NCBI GenBank assembly: GCA_038212305.1
Contig: JBBQUP010000002.1
Location: 10,861-74,860 of the forward strand
Direction of reading: 5' to 3'
Source: Bacteroidales bacterium
GTDB taxonomy: Bacteria; Bacteroidota; Bacteroidia; Bacteroidales; Marinilabiliaceae
DNA: 64,000 nucleotides
A program made the translations under genes and the position numbers. This document shows, one piece after another, positions 8,996 to 19,730 of the stretch. Position 1 is the stretch's first letter. The number at the start of each line of letters is the position of its first letter. Under the pieces are notes generated by a model. It saw only the letters and a list, made by a program, of their open reading frames with translations. It did no database searches and was not told where the DNA came from.

Positions 8996-9382
8996 TTATT
9001 CAGCATTAAATTTAAAAATACTTGCAACGTTATTTCTAATCGAATACAAAAGATAAATATTCATACCAAAAACAATAAGCGCCACACCAATTTTTTTTAG
9101 ATCAAGAAATAAATGAAAAACTAACACGCCTACAATTAATGGTATTAAAGCCAAAATAGCTAACGTGGTGAACTTATTCGTTAACAAAGCTACCCCAATT
9201 ACTATTTCTAATATTCCCATTGCTTTTATAGCAAAACCTGCTCCTAAACTTTATAGCTCAATTACAAACTTCATCGCATCTTGCATGTAGGCTAGGTTAA
9301 GCCAATTTCCAAATTTATTCGCACCCGAAAAAACAATCATCAAACCTAGCAGAATTCGTATAACTGTAAACAATTGTTTCAT
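8996..9382 (-). pseudogene. DoxX-family small membrane protein gene interrupted by an in-frame TAA
   Basis: Minus-strand ATG at 9382 gives MKQLFTVIRILLGLMIVFSGANKFGNWLNLAYMQDAMKFVIEL, then TAA (9253-9251). The same frame continues SLGAGFAIKAMGILEIVIGVALL... into the tracked 74-aa ORF. Joined length and hydrophobic pattern fit DoxX. Confidence 0.65.
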
Positions 9383-9731
9383 TTTTATGATATTAATGGT
9401 TAATAATTTCAAGTAAAATAAAAACGAGAAAAATTGATTTGGGTAGTTTTACAACACTTGTTTTTGTATGTTGTTCTTAAAATCAAACTAAATTTAAAAT
9501 CAACTTTGGGTTTTACTTTCTTTAACTCTATCGATACAATTACTGCGAATAACTATCCATTCTGATTTCTCAACGATCCATTATATTTACTTTTTAACTG
9601 TTCAACCAAATCACAGGTCAATATTTTCATTAACTTAATAGTCTTAATTAGTTATTCAAATTATCTGTTTTATCCACTCATTTTTTATTGAAATCTACAA
9701 ATAAAACTAAGTATAACTAAAAAACAGTGTT

Positions 9732-10103
9732 ATGAAAGACGGAAATATTCAAATGCTTGACCTTGATTTTGAGTACAAAATATGGAAACATCGATTAGAA
9801 CTATTCATAAACGAATTAGAAATTCTTAGAGCACAAAATCAGGATGTAAAAAGTCAACCAAAGCATGTGTCATTAAACCCTGTTGAATTAATGGTTCTGG
9901 ATGAACATCAAAGCCAACTTGAAAAAGTATATAATCGCATAAAAACACAAGAACACGAGATGCAATTTTACAATAAGGATTTTCCAATAACCAGAACATA
10001 TGAGTATTTTGTTGATCATGAAAACTTAAGAAAAAAGGTGACGGTTATGACTCAACTTCATATTGAAAAAATATCTGATTTAGTCGACGAATTAGGGATT
10101 TAA
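9732..10103 (+). CDS. Hypothetical protein (123 aa, charged, probably helical)
   Basis: Isolated ORF after a ~350-nt AT-rich gap; no motif recognised. Confidence 0.4.
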   Translation: MKDGNIQMLDLDFEYKIWKHRLELFINELEILRAQNQDVKSQPKHVSLNPVELMVLDEHQSQLEKVYNRIKTQEHEMQFYNKDFPITRTYEYFVDHENLRKKVTVMTQLHIEKISDLVDELGI

Positions 10104-10174
10104 AAAATTCTAGATGTATTAAAATACTTATAAACTTATATATTTGTGTTTTATAAATATAATTAAATAAACTT

Positions 10175-10651
10175 ATGGCACTTTTAGGAAATTTAGAAAT
10201 GTTAATTGCTCAATCACCGAATCACAAATTACTCCATGAAGGATTACATTTTTTAAAAACGGTGAATATTGATGAGGTTTTTGCTAAAACATCTCTAGGA
10301 AATAACATTACTATTGAAATCGTAGAGCGAAAATTATTTGCAATTTTCCAAACATACGATTCAAAAACAATTGACCAACTTAAATTCGAAAGTCATACAA
10401 AATACATTGACATTCAATACATGCACTCAGGGGAAGAGTTTATAGGGGTTTGTGGAACTGAACAAATTTTAGAAGCAGGTGAATACAATGCGGAGAAAGA
10501 TATTGCCTTTCCTAAAGTAAATAAATATTCCAATTTATTAATGACCACGGGAAATGCAGCTATTCTTTTTCCTGCTGATTTGCATGCTCCTAGCATGAAC
10601 TCAGGTAAAGTGCAGCGTATTCAAAAAATAGTTATAAAAGTTGCAGTATAA
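10175..10651 (+). CDS. YhcH/YjgK/YiaL (DUF386) family protein
   Basis: About 158 aa; central HTKYIDIQYMHSGEEFIG and C-terminal FPADLHAP resemble the cupin-like YhcH family. Confidence 0.6.
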   Translation: MALLGNLEMLIAQSPNHKLLHEGLHFLKTVNIDEVFAKTSLGNNITIEIVERKLFAIFQTYDSKTIDQLKFESHTKYIDIQYMHSGEEFIGVCGTEQILEAGEYNAEKDIAFPKVNKYSNLLMTTGNAAILFPADLHAPSMNSGKVQRIQKIVIKVAV

Positions 10652-10680
10652 TCACTTAAAAAAGTCATTACCTAAAAAAG

Positions 10681-11070
10681 ATGCAAACATTTAATTCGCG
10701 CATTAAAATTAGATCAGAACTGGAAGATGTATATGCTGCACTTACCAATCCCTTTACAATTGAATTATGGACAGGTTATAAAGCAATTATGTCTGAAACT
10801 CCCGGTGATTTATTTGAATTATGGGAAGGTGATATTTGCGGTCATAATATTGCAATTATTCCCAATGAAAAAATCGTTCAGGAATGGTATTTTGGTGAGA
10901 CCGATACACCATCGATAGTAACCATTAAACTATTTAAGCAGCGCAACTACATTCAAATGGATGTTGAGCACACAAATATTCCAGATGAAGCTTTTAATGA
11001 GATTTGCGATGGCTGGAAAAATAATTACCTCGCTGATTTAAAAGAGTTTATGGAAATTGAAGACAACTAA
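10681..11070 (+). CDS. SRPBCC / Aha1-like (START-fold) small protein
   Basis: 129 aa; N-terminal pattern VYAALTNPFTIELWTG typical of the AHSA1/SRPBCC family. Confidence 0.6.
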   Translation: MQTFNSRIKIRSELEDVYAALTNPFTIELWTGYKAIMSETPGDLFELWEGDICGHNIAIIPNEKIVQEWYFGETDTPSIVTIKLFKQRNYIQMDVEHTNIPDEAFNEICDGWKNNYLADLKEFMEIEDN

Positions 11071-11096
11071 TTATTAACGATTAACCCACCCTAGCT

Positions 11097-11309
11097 ATGA
11101 TAAAAGTATTAACTCTCAAAAACGAAATTGAAGCCGGACTCCTTTCTTCGATATTAGAAGAAAGCAACATCCCACATATGGTGCGCTCATATCACGATTC
11201 GGCTTATAATGGATTATGGCAATCTCAAACTCTTTGGGGACATATTGAAGCTCTGAAGCAGTATGAAAAGCAAATTTTATCGATCTACCAATCCATCATC
11301 GAAAACTAG
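11097..11309 (+). CDS. Small hypothetical protein (70 aa; DUF2007-like impression only)
   Basis: Short ORF 26 nt downstream of the preceding gene; the family assignment is a weak recollection. Confidence 0.35.
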   Translation: MIKVLTLKNEIEAGLLSSILEESNIPHMVRSYHDSAYNGLWQSQTLWGHIEALKQYEKQILSIYQSIIEN

Positions 11310-11479
11310 ACTCAACGCAACCAATTAAAACTTCTGCCGTCTTAAAATAAATTGATTGACTATCAAACGAGTCATTTGCGGAAATTCTGAACTTAAATAA
11401 GTCCAGTAAATCTGTCTCATGTCTTGTGTCTTGATACTGGAGTCTTGATACTTAAATCTTCATACTAATTTTTAATCTT

Positions 11480-11887
11480 ATGAAATTTTCTATTTTTATT
11501 TTAAGCATTTTCCTTTTTTCATCTTTTCAATGTCCTGAAAAAGAAGGCGTAAAAAAAGAATCGGAGTTGATCATAAAGAAAGGCCAAACTCAACAAATTG
11601 AAGGCTCCAACTATTCAATTTCACTTGACTCAGTTATTAATGATTCTCGCTGTGCTATTGAAGTGGAGTGTATTTGGGCTGGAGATGCTATAGCGGAATT
11701 TAAACTCCTGAGTGGCAATAGATTCGAACCTTTCGAACTGCATTCCAATCAATCTCTTACCAACGACACGACCATCAACGAGATTAAGATAGATCTTTTA
11801 GACATTACACCCTATCCATCCACTCAAAATCCAATAAACAAGGATAATTACGAAGCTAAAGTTCGAATAACTGCTATTGTGATGTAG
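11480..11887 (+). CDS. Secreted/lipoprotein-like hypothetical protein
   Basis: Hydrophobic N-terminus MKFSIFILSIFLFSSFQC; internal DSRCAIEVECIWAGD cysteine motif. Confidence 0.5.
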   Translation: MKFSIFILSIFLFSSFQCPEKEGVKKESELIIKKGQTQQIEGSNYSISLDSVINDSRCAIEVECIWAGDAIAEFKLLSGNRFEPFELHSNQSLTNDTTINEIKIDLLDITPYPSTQNPINKDNYEAKVRITAIVM

Positions 11888-11913
11888 CAATAATATCTTC
11901 AAGGTTATTGTTT

Positions 11914-13056
11914 TTACGACAACCTATTTTTATAATCTTCATAATTAAACTCTCGTACAATTTTTAAACCTGTAGAATCATTCCAAATAGAAATAGCAGG
12001 ATGCGGAACCCCATTAAACATAGTCGTTTTAACCATGGTGTAATGAATCATATCATCGAAAACTATTTGATCACCCACTTTAAGAGGCTCGTCAAACGAC
12101 CAATCGCCCATGAAGTCGCCAGCTAAGCAACTATTTCCTCCCAAACGATAAGTTGGCTTGCCCACTACAGGTTCCTGATAGGCACCTAAAACTGTTGGCT
12201 TATAAGGCATCTCTAAACAATCTGGCATATGAGCAGTAAATGAAACATCTAAAATAGCTGTTTGAATTCCATGATTAATAACGACATCTACAACGCTCGA
12301 AACCAAAACCCCCGTTTGCCATGCAAAAGCACTCCCCGGTTCTAAGATAAGGTCGATGTTGTGCTTGGCTTTAAAACTCCTTAATAAGGCGATCAAATGA
12401 TCGGTATCATAATCTTTCCGAGTCATTAAATGCCCACCTCCCATGTTCAACCACTTTACCTGCTTTAAATATTTACCAAATTTCAGTTCTAAAGCTTCAA
12501 GCGTCTTCTCTAAATTATAAGAATCCGATTCACACAAGGTGTGAAAATGAAGCCCTTCAATTCCTGCTGGTAATAAATCAGGTAATTCACTTGCTATTAC
12601 ACCCAACCGCGAACCGGGTGAACAGGGATTATATAAATCCGTTCCCACCTCACTGTATTCGGGATTAATGCGAATTCCACATGAAAGTTGCCGTGAGTGT
12701 TCTTTCACTTGACCTTGAAACCGCTCAAATTGAGTGAGTGAATTAAAGGTAATGCGGCTGCTGTATTTTAATATATCACCAAATTCTTTTTCAGTATAGG
12801 CAGGCGAATAGGTATGTGCAAGACTTCCCATTTCCTCAAAGGCTAATCGTGCTTCATAAATGGAACTTGCTGTGGAAAAAGGAATGTACTCACGAACAAT
12901 GGAAAATGCACTCCACATCGAAAAAGCTTTAAAGGCTAAAATAATATCTACACCTGCTTGCTCCTTGACTGATTGGATTAATTGAAGATTTTGTCGAAAC
13001 AATTGCTCATCTAAAACAAAACAAGGTGAAGGAACTTTAGAAAAATCGATGGCCAT
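11914..13056 (-). CDS. nspC: Carboxynorspermidine/carboxyspermidine decarboxylase
   Basis: 380 aa fold-III PLP decarboxylase-like sequence (ILEPGSAF, LGGNSCLAGD), immediately downstream of the carboxynorspermidine synthase gene. Confidence 0.85.
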   Translation of the reverse strand: MAIDFSKVPSPCFVLDEQLFRQNLQLIQSVKEQAGVDIILAFKAFSMWSAFSIVREYIPFSTASSIYEARLAFEEMGSLAHTYSPAYTEKEFGDILKYSSRITFNSLTQFERFQGQVKEHSRQLSCGIRINPEYSEVGTDLYNPCSPGSRLGVIASELPDLLPAGIEGLHFHTLCESDSYNLEKTLEALELKFGKYLKQVKWLNMGGGHLMTRKDYDTDHLIALLRSFKAKHNIDLILEPGSAFAWQTGVLVSSVVDVVINHGIQTAILDVSFTAHMPDCLEMPYKPTVLGAYQEPVVGKPTYRLGGNSCLAGDFMGDWSFDEPLKVGDQIVFDDMIHYTMVKTTMFNGVPHPAISIWNDSTGLKIVREFNYEDYKNRLS

Positions 13057-13106
13057 GGCAAGACTATTTAAATTTTATTGAGAAAAGCGAATTTCACTTA
13101 AAAACT

Positions 13107-13143
13107 GAAGAGGTTATTCGAATTTTACTCAAACAACCTCTTC
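13107..13143 (-). other. Inter-cistronic hairpin between the polyamine genes
   Basis: GAAGAGGTT (13107-13115) / AACCTCTTC (13135-13143), perfect 9 bp, 19-nt loop. Confidence 0.3.
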
Positions 13144-13177
13144 GAAAAATAATTTATAAGGATTATTTCATCTTCAA

Positions 13178-14371
13178 TTATAGCTCTAAATTCCCGTTAT
13201 GCTCTTCAACCCAAGGTAATCCGTAGGTATTAAGTGCATCCATAAATGGATCTGGATTAAACTCTTCAACGTTAAACACCCCTGGTTTTTTCCAAATACC
13301 CTTCAAATACATCATGGCACCAATCATAGCAGGAACACCAGTCGTATAACTAACTCCTTGAGTTCCAGTTTCTTTATAGGCTACTTCGTGACTACAATTG
13401 TTATAAACGTAATATGTGGATTCTTTACCATCCTTAACCCCATGAATTCGACATCCAATAGAAGTCCAACCGGTATAATTAGCACCCAAGTCGCCAGGAT
13501 TAGGCAAAGTAGCTTTTAAAAATTGTATAGGTACTATTTCAACCCCATTATAAATAATAGGCTCAATACTTGCCATACCAATGTTTTGAATCACTCGTAA
13601 GTGTGTCAAATATTCCTGACCAAAAGTCATCCAAAAACGCGCTCTCTTTAAGGTTGGGAAGTTTTTTACCAACGACTCCAATTCTTCGTGATAAATAACA
13701 TACGATTCCTTTGGACCAATTCCAGGATAATTTAATGGTTTGTGAATTTCATGAGGTTCTGTTTCAATCCATTGTCCATTCTCCCAATATTTTCCTTTTT
13801 GGGTAACTTCCCTAATGTTTATTTCGGGATTAAAATTAGTGGCAAAAGGATGACCATGATCCCCAGCATTGCAATCAACTATATCTAATGTATGAATCTC
13901 ATCGAAATGATGTTTGGCAGCATAAGCAGTGTAAATACTGGTTACACCCGGATCGAAACCACAACCTAAAATAGCAGTAATTCCAGCTTGTTTAAAACGA
14001 TCAGCATAGGCCCATTGCCATTTATATTCAAACTTTGCCTCATTCAAGGGCTCATAATTAGCCGTATCTAAATACGATACACCTGTCTCCAAGCAAGCAT
14101 CCATGATAGTTAAATCCTGATAAGGCAATGCTACGTTAACCACTAAGTCGGGTTTAAACGAATTGATTAATTCTACCAATTCAGGTACATTATCAGCATC
14201 GACTTTAGCCGTTTTAATACGACCTCCTCCAATTTTTTCAGCAATGACATCACATTTGCTTTTGGTACGACTAGCCAGCATTATTTCCGAAAATACATCT
14301 GGCAAACCAGCCATCTTATGAACAACCACGGTACCAACACCGCCTGCTCCAATAACTAAAACTTTACCCAT
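13178..14371 (-). CDS. Saccharopine-dehydrogenase-family carboxynorspermidine synthase
   Basis: N-terminal Rossmann motif VLVIGAGGVGTVV, ~397 aa, paired with nspC. Confidence 0.85.
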   Translation of the reverse strand: MGKVLVIGAGGVGTVVVHKMAGLPDVFSEIMLASRTKSKCDVIAEKIGGGRIKTAKVDADNVPELVELINSFKPDLVVNVALPYQDLTIMDACLETGVSYLDTANYEPLNEAKFEYKWQWAYADRFKQAGITAILGCGFDPGVTSIYTAYAAKHHFDEIHTLDIVDCNAGDHGHPFATNFNPEINIREVTQKGKYWENGQWIETEPHEIHKPLNYPGIGPKESYVIYHEELESLVKNFPTLKRARFWMTFGQEYLTHLRVIQNIGMASIEPIIYNGVEIVPIQFLKATLPNPGDLGANYTGWTSIGCRIHGVKDGKESTYYVYNNCSHEVAYKETGTQGVSYTTGVPAMIGAMMYLKGIWKKPGVFNVEEFNPDPFMDALNTYGLPWVEEHNGNLEL

Positions 14372-14548
14372 TGTTTGTGTAACGTTTTTATATTAAATTA
14401 ATATATTTTAATATGACAAAGGAATAAAATTTTTGACGATTCCCCAAGCGCACAAGTTGAATATTTGTGTTATTACATTTTTATTTCATCAAAATCCAAT
14501 AGACCTAATCATCTATCTAAAGAAATTGAAAAGCCAATAAAAGGCAAC

Positions 14549-15265
14549 TTATTTTTCAAGTAATGAAGCCGAATCATTATCTAACAACCATAGACTTTTA
14601 TGAGGATCGATAAGGGCAGCTGGATATTTAAGAGCTTCATCATCATAATTAAATATCTTCTTTACAATTCGAGCTTTTGAGATTCCATTTACCATAACAA
14701 TAATCGTCTTAGCCCGATTTATTAGCGAGCCTGTCAAAGTTATCCGTTTTTGGCCACTAACTGGATGTGTAGCAATATCGCAAGATTGATCTGATAACCA
14801 CAAACGCATTTGATGAGGGAAAATAGAGGCAGTATGTCCATCATCACCCACTCCAAGTATAATTAAATCAAATTGAGGCATTCGCTTTACAATAGGAAGA
14901 TGGTTTTCAATGGCCTCTTGATATCTCGATACTGCCTCATAACGAGGTAATTCGGCCTGAATTCGAAAAACATGTGAATTAGGAATCGTTACGTTTGATA
15001 GCAAATACTTTTTAGTCATACCATAATTGCTTTGCTCATCATCAGGTGGCACACACCGTTCATCAACCCAAAACAAGTAAATACGATCCCACTTTATTAA
15101 TTGACTAAAATGATCCGATAAATTTGCGAATAACGTTTTCGGTGTACTACCACCACTTACAGCAACATATACTTTCTCTTGATTTTGAGTTAATTGAACT
15201 AAAAATTGTCCTATAAATGTAGATTGTTCCTCAACATGAGAAAAAATCTGATGTTTAAATTCCAT
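14549..15265 (-). CDS. pgl: 6-phosphogluconolactonase
   Basis: VAVSGGSTP and GVGDDGHTASIFP motifs. Start chosen at MEFKHQIF (15265); the tracked ORF allows 15298. Confidence 0.8.
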   Translation of the reverse strand: MEFKHQIFSHVEEQSTFIGQFLVQLTQNQEKVYVAVSGGSTPKTLFANLSDHFSQLIKWDRIYLFWVDERCVPPDDEQSNYGMTKKYLLSNVTIPNSHVFRIQAELPRYEAVSRYQEAIENHLPIVKRMPQFDLIILGVGDDGHTASIFPHQMRLWLSDQSCDIATHPVSGQKRITLTGSLINRAKTIIVMVNGISKARIVKKIFNYDDEALKYPAALIDPHKSLWLLDNDSASLLEK

Positions 15266-15326
15266 ACAATGAGGAATATTTATTCGATGTTTAAACAAAA
15301 TAGCGTTGCTAATGTTTCCACCTATT

Positions 15327-15357
15327 AAAAAGAGCTGCCAGTAACGACAGCTCTTTT
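15327..15357 (-). terminator. Intrinsic terminator after rpoC
   Basis: AAAAGAGCTG (15327-15336) / CAGCTCTTTT (15348-15357) with an 11-nt loop; A/T runs on both flanks, 23 nt past the rpoC stop. Confidence 0.6.
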
Positions 15358-15379
15358 ATATTTATAATAATTGAATTTT

Positions 15380-18300
15380 CTATTCAACTTCTTCTTCAAC
15401 AACGCGTCGGGGTTCAAGCTTATCAAATTCTTCTTTCGATCCCACGATAATTTTATGAAAATGACGCTGACCAGTACCGGCAGGAATTAAGTGACCGCAT
15501 ATTACGTTCTCCTTCAATCCAACTAAGTGATCGACTTTTCCTTGAATGGCAGCTTCATTAAGCACTTTGGTTGTTTCCTGGAACGATGCAGCCGACATAA
15601 AGCTCTTGGTTTGCAATGCTGCTCTGGTAATTCCCTGTAATACTTGGCTAGAAGTAGCAGGTACGGCATCTCTTGCTTCAACAAGTTTTAAATCTTTACG
15701 TTTCAACTGTGAATTTTCATCACGTAGCTTTCTTGCAGGAATAATCATACCTGGTTTTAAAGAACTATCTCCAGAATCTAAAACTACTTTTTTACCCCAG
15801 ATCTCATCATTCTCTTCCATGAACTCGATTTTATCAACGATCTCGCGCTCAAGGAAACGTGTATCACCTGGATCAAAAATTTCAACTTTACGCATCATTT
15901 GACGAACAATAATCTCGAAATGCTTATCATTGATTTTCACACCTTGCAAACGATATACATCTTGCACCTCATTTACAATGTATTCCTGAACAGCAGTAGG
16001 TCCTTGAATGGCAAGAATATCTGATGGCGTAATAGCACCGTCCGACAATGGAACACCAGCTCTAACATAGTCATTCTCTTGAACAAGAATTTGTTTCGAA
16101 AGAGGCACAAGATATTTTTTTATCTCACCATTTTTCGAGGTTACTACAATTTCGCGATTTCCTCGTTTTACTTTACCGAAGGTTACTTCACCATCAATCT
16201 CAGATACAACTGCTGGATTAGATGGATTACGAGCTTCAAATAACTCAGTTACTCGAGGTAAACCACCAGTGATATCACCTGCTTTGCCAATCGCACGAGG
16301 AATCTTTGAGATAGTCTGACCTTGTTTAACCATTTCAGATTCTTCAACTGAAACGTGAGCTCCCACAGGAATATTGTAAACTCTGATTACTTCACCAGAT
16401 TTATCAACAATTTGAATAGATGGGTTTTTTGTCTTATCACGCGTTTCTATAATTACTTTCTCACGATAACCCGTTTGCTCATCCGATTCTTCTTTGTATG
16501 TTATTCCTTCAATCATGTGATCAAAAACCACTTTACCATCTTTCTCTGTAATGATCAAAGCATTATAAGGATCCCATTCACAAACAACAACTCCTTTTTT
16601 AATCTCAGAGCCATTTTTAACAAACAATTTTGCTCCGTAAGGAATCGTTTGTGTTGTTAAAGCAATATTTGTGTTTTTATCAACTATACGTAATTCAGCC
16701 AAACGTCCAATTACAACGTCAATCTCACGTCCATCATCCATTTTTGATGGAACTGTACGTAATTCATCAATTTCAACAATACCCTCGTATTTAGTAACAA
16801 TACTATTCTCAGATGAAATATTTGATGCAGTACCCCCAACGTGGAATGTTCTCAATGTTAACTGTGTTCCTGGCTCACCAATTGATTGAGCGGCAATAAC
16901 TCCAGTAGCTTCACCTATTTGAACCATTTGACCAGTTGCGAGGTTACGTCCGTAACATTTTCCGCAAACACCTTTTTTAGATTCACAGGTAAGAACTGAT
17001 CGAATTTCGATACGTTCAATTGGAGAATCCTCAATTATTCTCGCCTCTTCCTCTGTAATTTCTTCCCCTGATTTAACAATTAATTTACCAGTAATAGGAT
17101 GATATACATCGTGTACAGAACCACGTCCTAAAATGCGCTCATATAAAGTAGCAACAACTTCTTCGTTATCTTTAATGGCAGCAGCCGTCAATCCACGAAG
17201 TGTTCCACAGTCCTCTTCATTAATAATCACATCCTGCGACACATCAACCAAACGACGTGTTAAGTATCCTGCATCAGCAGTTTTAAGAGCGGTATCCGCC
17301 AAACCTTTACGTGCACCGTGGGTTGAAATAAAGTATTCCAAAACCGATAGTCCTTCTTTAAAGTTCGAAAGGATAGGATTCTCAATAATCTGTCCTCCTT
17401 CAGCACCTGATTTTTGTGGTTTTGCCATCAATCCCCTCATACCCGACAACTGACGAATCTGCTCTTTCGAACCCCTCGCACCACTATCAAGCATCATGTA
17501 AACCGAGTTAAAACCTTGCTGGTCAGAGCTTAATTGCTTCATTACTGTATGAGTCAATCGTGCATTGATGTGCGTCCAGATATCAATAATCTGGTTGTAG
17601 CGTTCGTTGTTAGTAATGAAACCCATGTTATAGTTATTCAATACTTCCTCAACTTCAGCATAACCTTCGTTTACTAATTTATCTTTTTCCTCAGGGATAA
17701 TTACATCTTCAAGGTTAAACGATAGTCCTCCTTCGAAGGCCAAGCGGTAACCTAAATTCTTAATATCATCAAGGAAATTTGCAGTTTTAGGAGTTCCACA
17801 AACTTTATGAACCTTCCCGATGATATCGCGCAATGCTTTTTTTGTTAAGATATCATTGATGTAACCTACTTCGTTAGGCACAAATTCATTGAATAAAATT
17901 CGTCCAACAGTAGTTTCAATCATTCGCAAAACTAATGCGTTGTTTTCATCTCTATCATAAGTTTTTACTTTTACAATAGCGTGAATATCAACCATTTTTT
18001 CATTATAAGCAATTTTTGCTTCTACAGGAGAATAAAACTTAAGTCCCTCTCCTTTAGCTCCATTCCGCTGTTTGGTCATGTAATACAAACCAAGAACCAT
18101 ATCCTGTGAAGGTACGGTAATCGGTGCACCATTAGCAGGATTCAGAATATTCTGAGAACCAAGCATTAACATTTGTGCTTCTAGAATAGCTGCATTTCCA
18201 AGAGGTAAATGTACCGCCATCTGATCACCATCGAAATCCGCATTAAAAGCAGCACAAGCTAAAGGATGCAATTGAATTGCTTTTCCCTCGATTAACTTAG

Positions 18301-19651
18301 GCTGAAATGCTTGAATACCCAAACGGTGCAAGGTTGGAGCTCGGTTTAACATCACTGGATGTGATTTCAAAATACTCTCCAAAATATCCCAAACAACAGG
18401 ATCTTTACGATCTACAATTTTCTTGGCCGATTTTACTGTTTTTACAATTCCTCTTTCAATCAGCTTACGGATAACAAATGGTTTGTATAACTCAGCAGCC
18501 ATGTCTTTAGGAATACCACATTCGTGCATTCTTAACTCAGGACCTACAACAATTACCGAACGAGCCGAATAGTCAACACGCTTACCTAACAAATTCTGAC
18601 GGAATCGACCTTGTTTTCCTTTTAAGCTATCGCTTAATGATTTCAAAGGACGGTTTGAATCTGTTTTCACAGCATTTGATTTACGCGAATTGTCAAATAA
18701 TGAATCAACAGCTTCTTGAAGCATGCGTTTTTCGTTACGCAAAATTACTTCAGGAGCTTTTATTTCAATTAATCGCTTTAAACGGTTATTACGAATAATA
18801 ACGCGACGATATAAATCATTTAAGTCAGATGTGGCAAAACGACCACCATCCAATGGCACTAAAGGACGAAGTTCAGGTGGTATAACAGGAACAACCTTAA
18901 CAATCATCCATTCGGGCTTGTTAATTCCTTTAGATTCGCGAAACGAACCAACAACCTGAAGACGCTTTAACGCCTCATTCTTACGCTGTTGCGAAGTTTC
19001 AACACTGGCTTGGTGACGTAAATCATAGGATAATTGATCCAAATCAATGCGCGACATAAGCATGTGAAGCGCATCAGCCCCCATCTTGGCAATGAACTTA
19101 TTTGGATCTTCATCATCTAAATGATGCATCTCTTTTGGCAGAGAATCCATAATGTCCAAATATTCTTCTTCTGTTAAGAAGTCCAATCGTTTAACACCAT
19201 CAATGGCTTTTGAACCTGGTTGGATAACAACATAGCGTTCGTAATAAATAATGGCATCAAGTTTTTTGCTAGGCAAACCTAACAAATAACCAATTTTGTT
19301 TGGTAATGAACGAAAATACCAAATATGGGCAACAGGAACTACTAATGAAATGTGTCCCATACGTTCGCGACGAACTTTCTTTTCAGTCACTTCAACACCG
19401 CATCGATCGCAAACGATTCCACGGTATCTAATTCGTTTATACTTTCCGCAATGGCACTCATAATCCTTTACAGGACCGAAAATTCTTTCGCAGAATAATC
19501 CATCCCTTTCAGGCTTATAAGTACGATAATTAATTGTTTCGGGCTTGAGTACCTCCCCACTGGACATTTCCAAAATCTCTTCGGGAGAAGCCAATCCGAT
19601 AGAGATTTTTGTAAAATTGCTTTTACCTTTGGGATCTCTTCTGAATGCCAT
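15380..19651 (-). CDS. rpoC: DNA-directed RNA polymerase subunit beta'
   Basis: 1423 aa; NADFDGDQM catalytic motif, zinc-binding CHCGKY...CDRCG, follows rpoB. Confidence 0.99.
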   Translation of the reverse strand: MAFRRDPKGKSNFTKISIGLASPEEILEMSSGEVLKPETINYRTYKPERDGLFCERIFGPVKDYECHCGKYKRIRYRGIVCDRCGVEVTEKKVRRERMGHISLVVPVAHIWYFRSLPNKIGYLLGLPSKKLDAIIYYERYVVIQPGSKAIDGVKRLDFLTEEEYLDIMDSLPKEMHHLDDEDPNKFIAKMGADALHMLMSRIDLDQLSYDLRHQASVETSQQRKNEALKRLQVVGSFRESKGINKPEWMIVKVVPVIPPELRPLVPLDGGRFATSDLNDLYRRVIIRNNRLKRLIEIKAPEVILRNEKRMLQEAVDSLFDNSRKSNAVKTDSNRPLKSLSDSLKGKQGRFRQNLLGKRVDYSARSVIVVGPELRMHECGIPKDMAAELYKPFVIRKLIERGIVKTVKSAKKIVDRKDPVVWDILESILKSHPVMLNRAPTLHRLGIQAFQPKLIEGKAIQLHPLACAAFNADFDGDQMAVHLPLGNAAILEAQMLMLGSQNILNPANGAPITVPSQDMVLGLYYMTKQRNGAKGEGLKFYSPVEAKIAYNEKMVDIHAIVKVKTYDRDENNALVLRMIETTVGRILFNEFVPNEVGYINDILTKKALRDIIGKVHKVCGTPKTANFLDDIKNLGYRLAFEGGLSFNLEDVIIPEEKDKLVNEGYAEVEEVLNNYNMGFITNNERYNQIIDIWTHINARLTHTVMKQLSSDQQGFNSVYMMLDSGARGSKEQIRQLSGMRGLMAKPQKSGAEGGQIIENPILSNFKEGLSVLEYFISTHGARKGLADTALKTADAGYLTRRLVDVSQDVIINEEDCGTLRGLTAAAIKDNEEVVATLYERILGRGSVHDVYHPITGKLIVKSGEEITEEEARIIEDSPIERIEIRSVLTCESKKGVCGKCYGRNLATGQMVQIGEATGVIAAQSIGEPGTQLTLRTFHVGGTASNISSENSIVTKYEGIVEIDELRTVPSKMDDGREIDVVIGRLAELRIVDKNTNIALTTQTIPYGAKLFVKNGSEIKKGVVVCEWDPYNALIITEKDGKVVFDHMIEGITYKEESDEQTGYREKVIIETRDKTKNPSIQIVDKSGEVIRVYNIPVGAHVSVEESEMVKQGQTISKIPRAIGKAGDITGGLPRVTELFEARNPSNPAVVSEIDGEVTFGKVKRGNREIVVTSKNGEIKKYLVPLSKQILVQENDYVRAGVPLSDGAITPSDILAIQGPTAVQEYIVNEVQDVYRLQGVKINDKHFEIIVRQMMRKVEIFDPGDTRFLEREIVDKIEFMEENDEIWGKKVVLDSGDSSLKPGMIIPARKLRDENSQLKRKDLKLVEARDAVPATSSQVLQGITRAALQTKSFMSAASFQETTKVLNEAAIQGKVDHLVGLKENVICGHLIPAGTGQRHFHKIIVGSKEEFDKLEPRRVVEEEVE

Positions 19652-19691
19652 ATATTATCGTCTATTAAAGGTAAATATTGTAATATTATAA

Positions 19692-19721
19692 GTTCAGAAT
19701 GCCTTATAAAGCATCCTGAAC
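19692..19721 (-). other. Hairpin in the rpoB-rpoC spacer
   Basis: GTTCAGAATGC (19692-19702) / GCATCCTGAAC (19711-19721), 11-bp stem with one mismatch. Confidence 0.3.
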
Positions 19722-19730
19722 AATAAGAAT

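Noticed and set aside
11420-11455. Short direct repeat GTCTTGATACT x2 (plus related GTCTTGTGTCTTG) upstream of the lipoprotein-like gene
   Set aside because: Only two short copies in a promoter-size spacer, with no spacer-repeat periodicity. It is not a CRISPR or satellite; at most it is a regulator site, which I cannot support.
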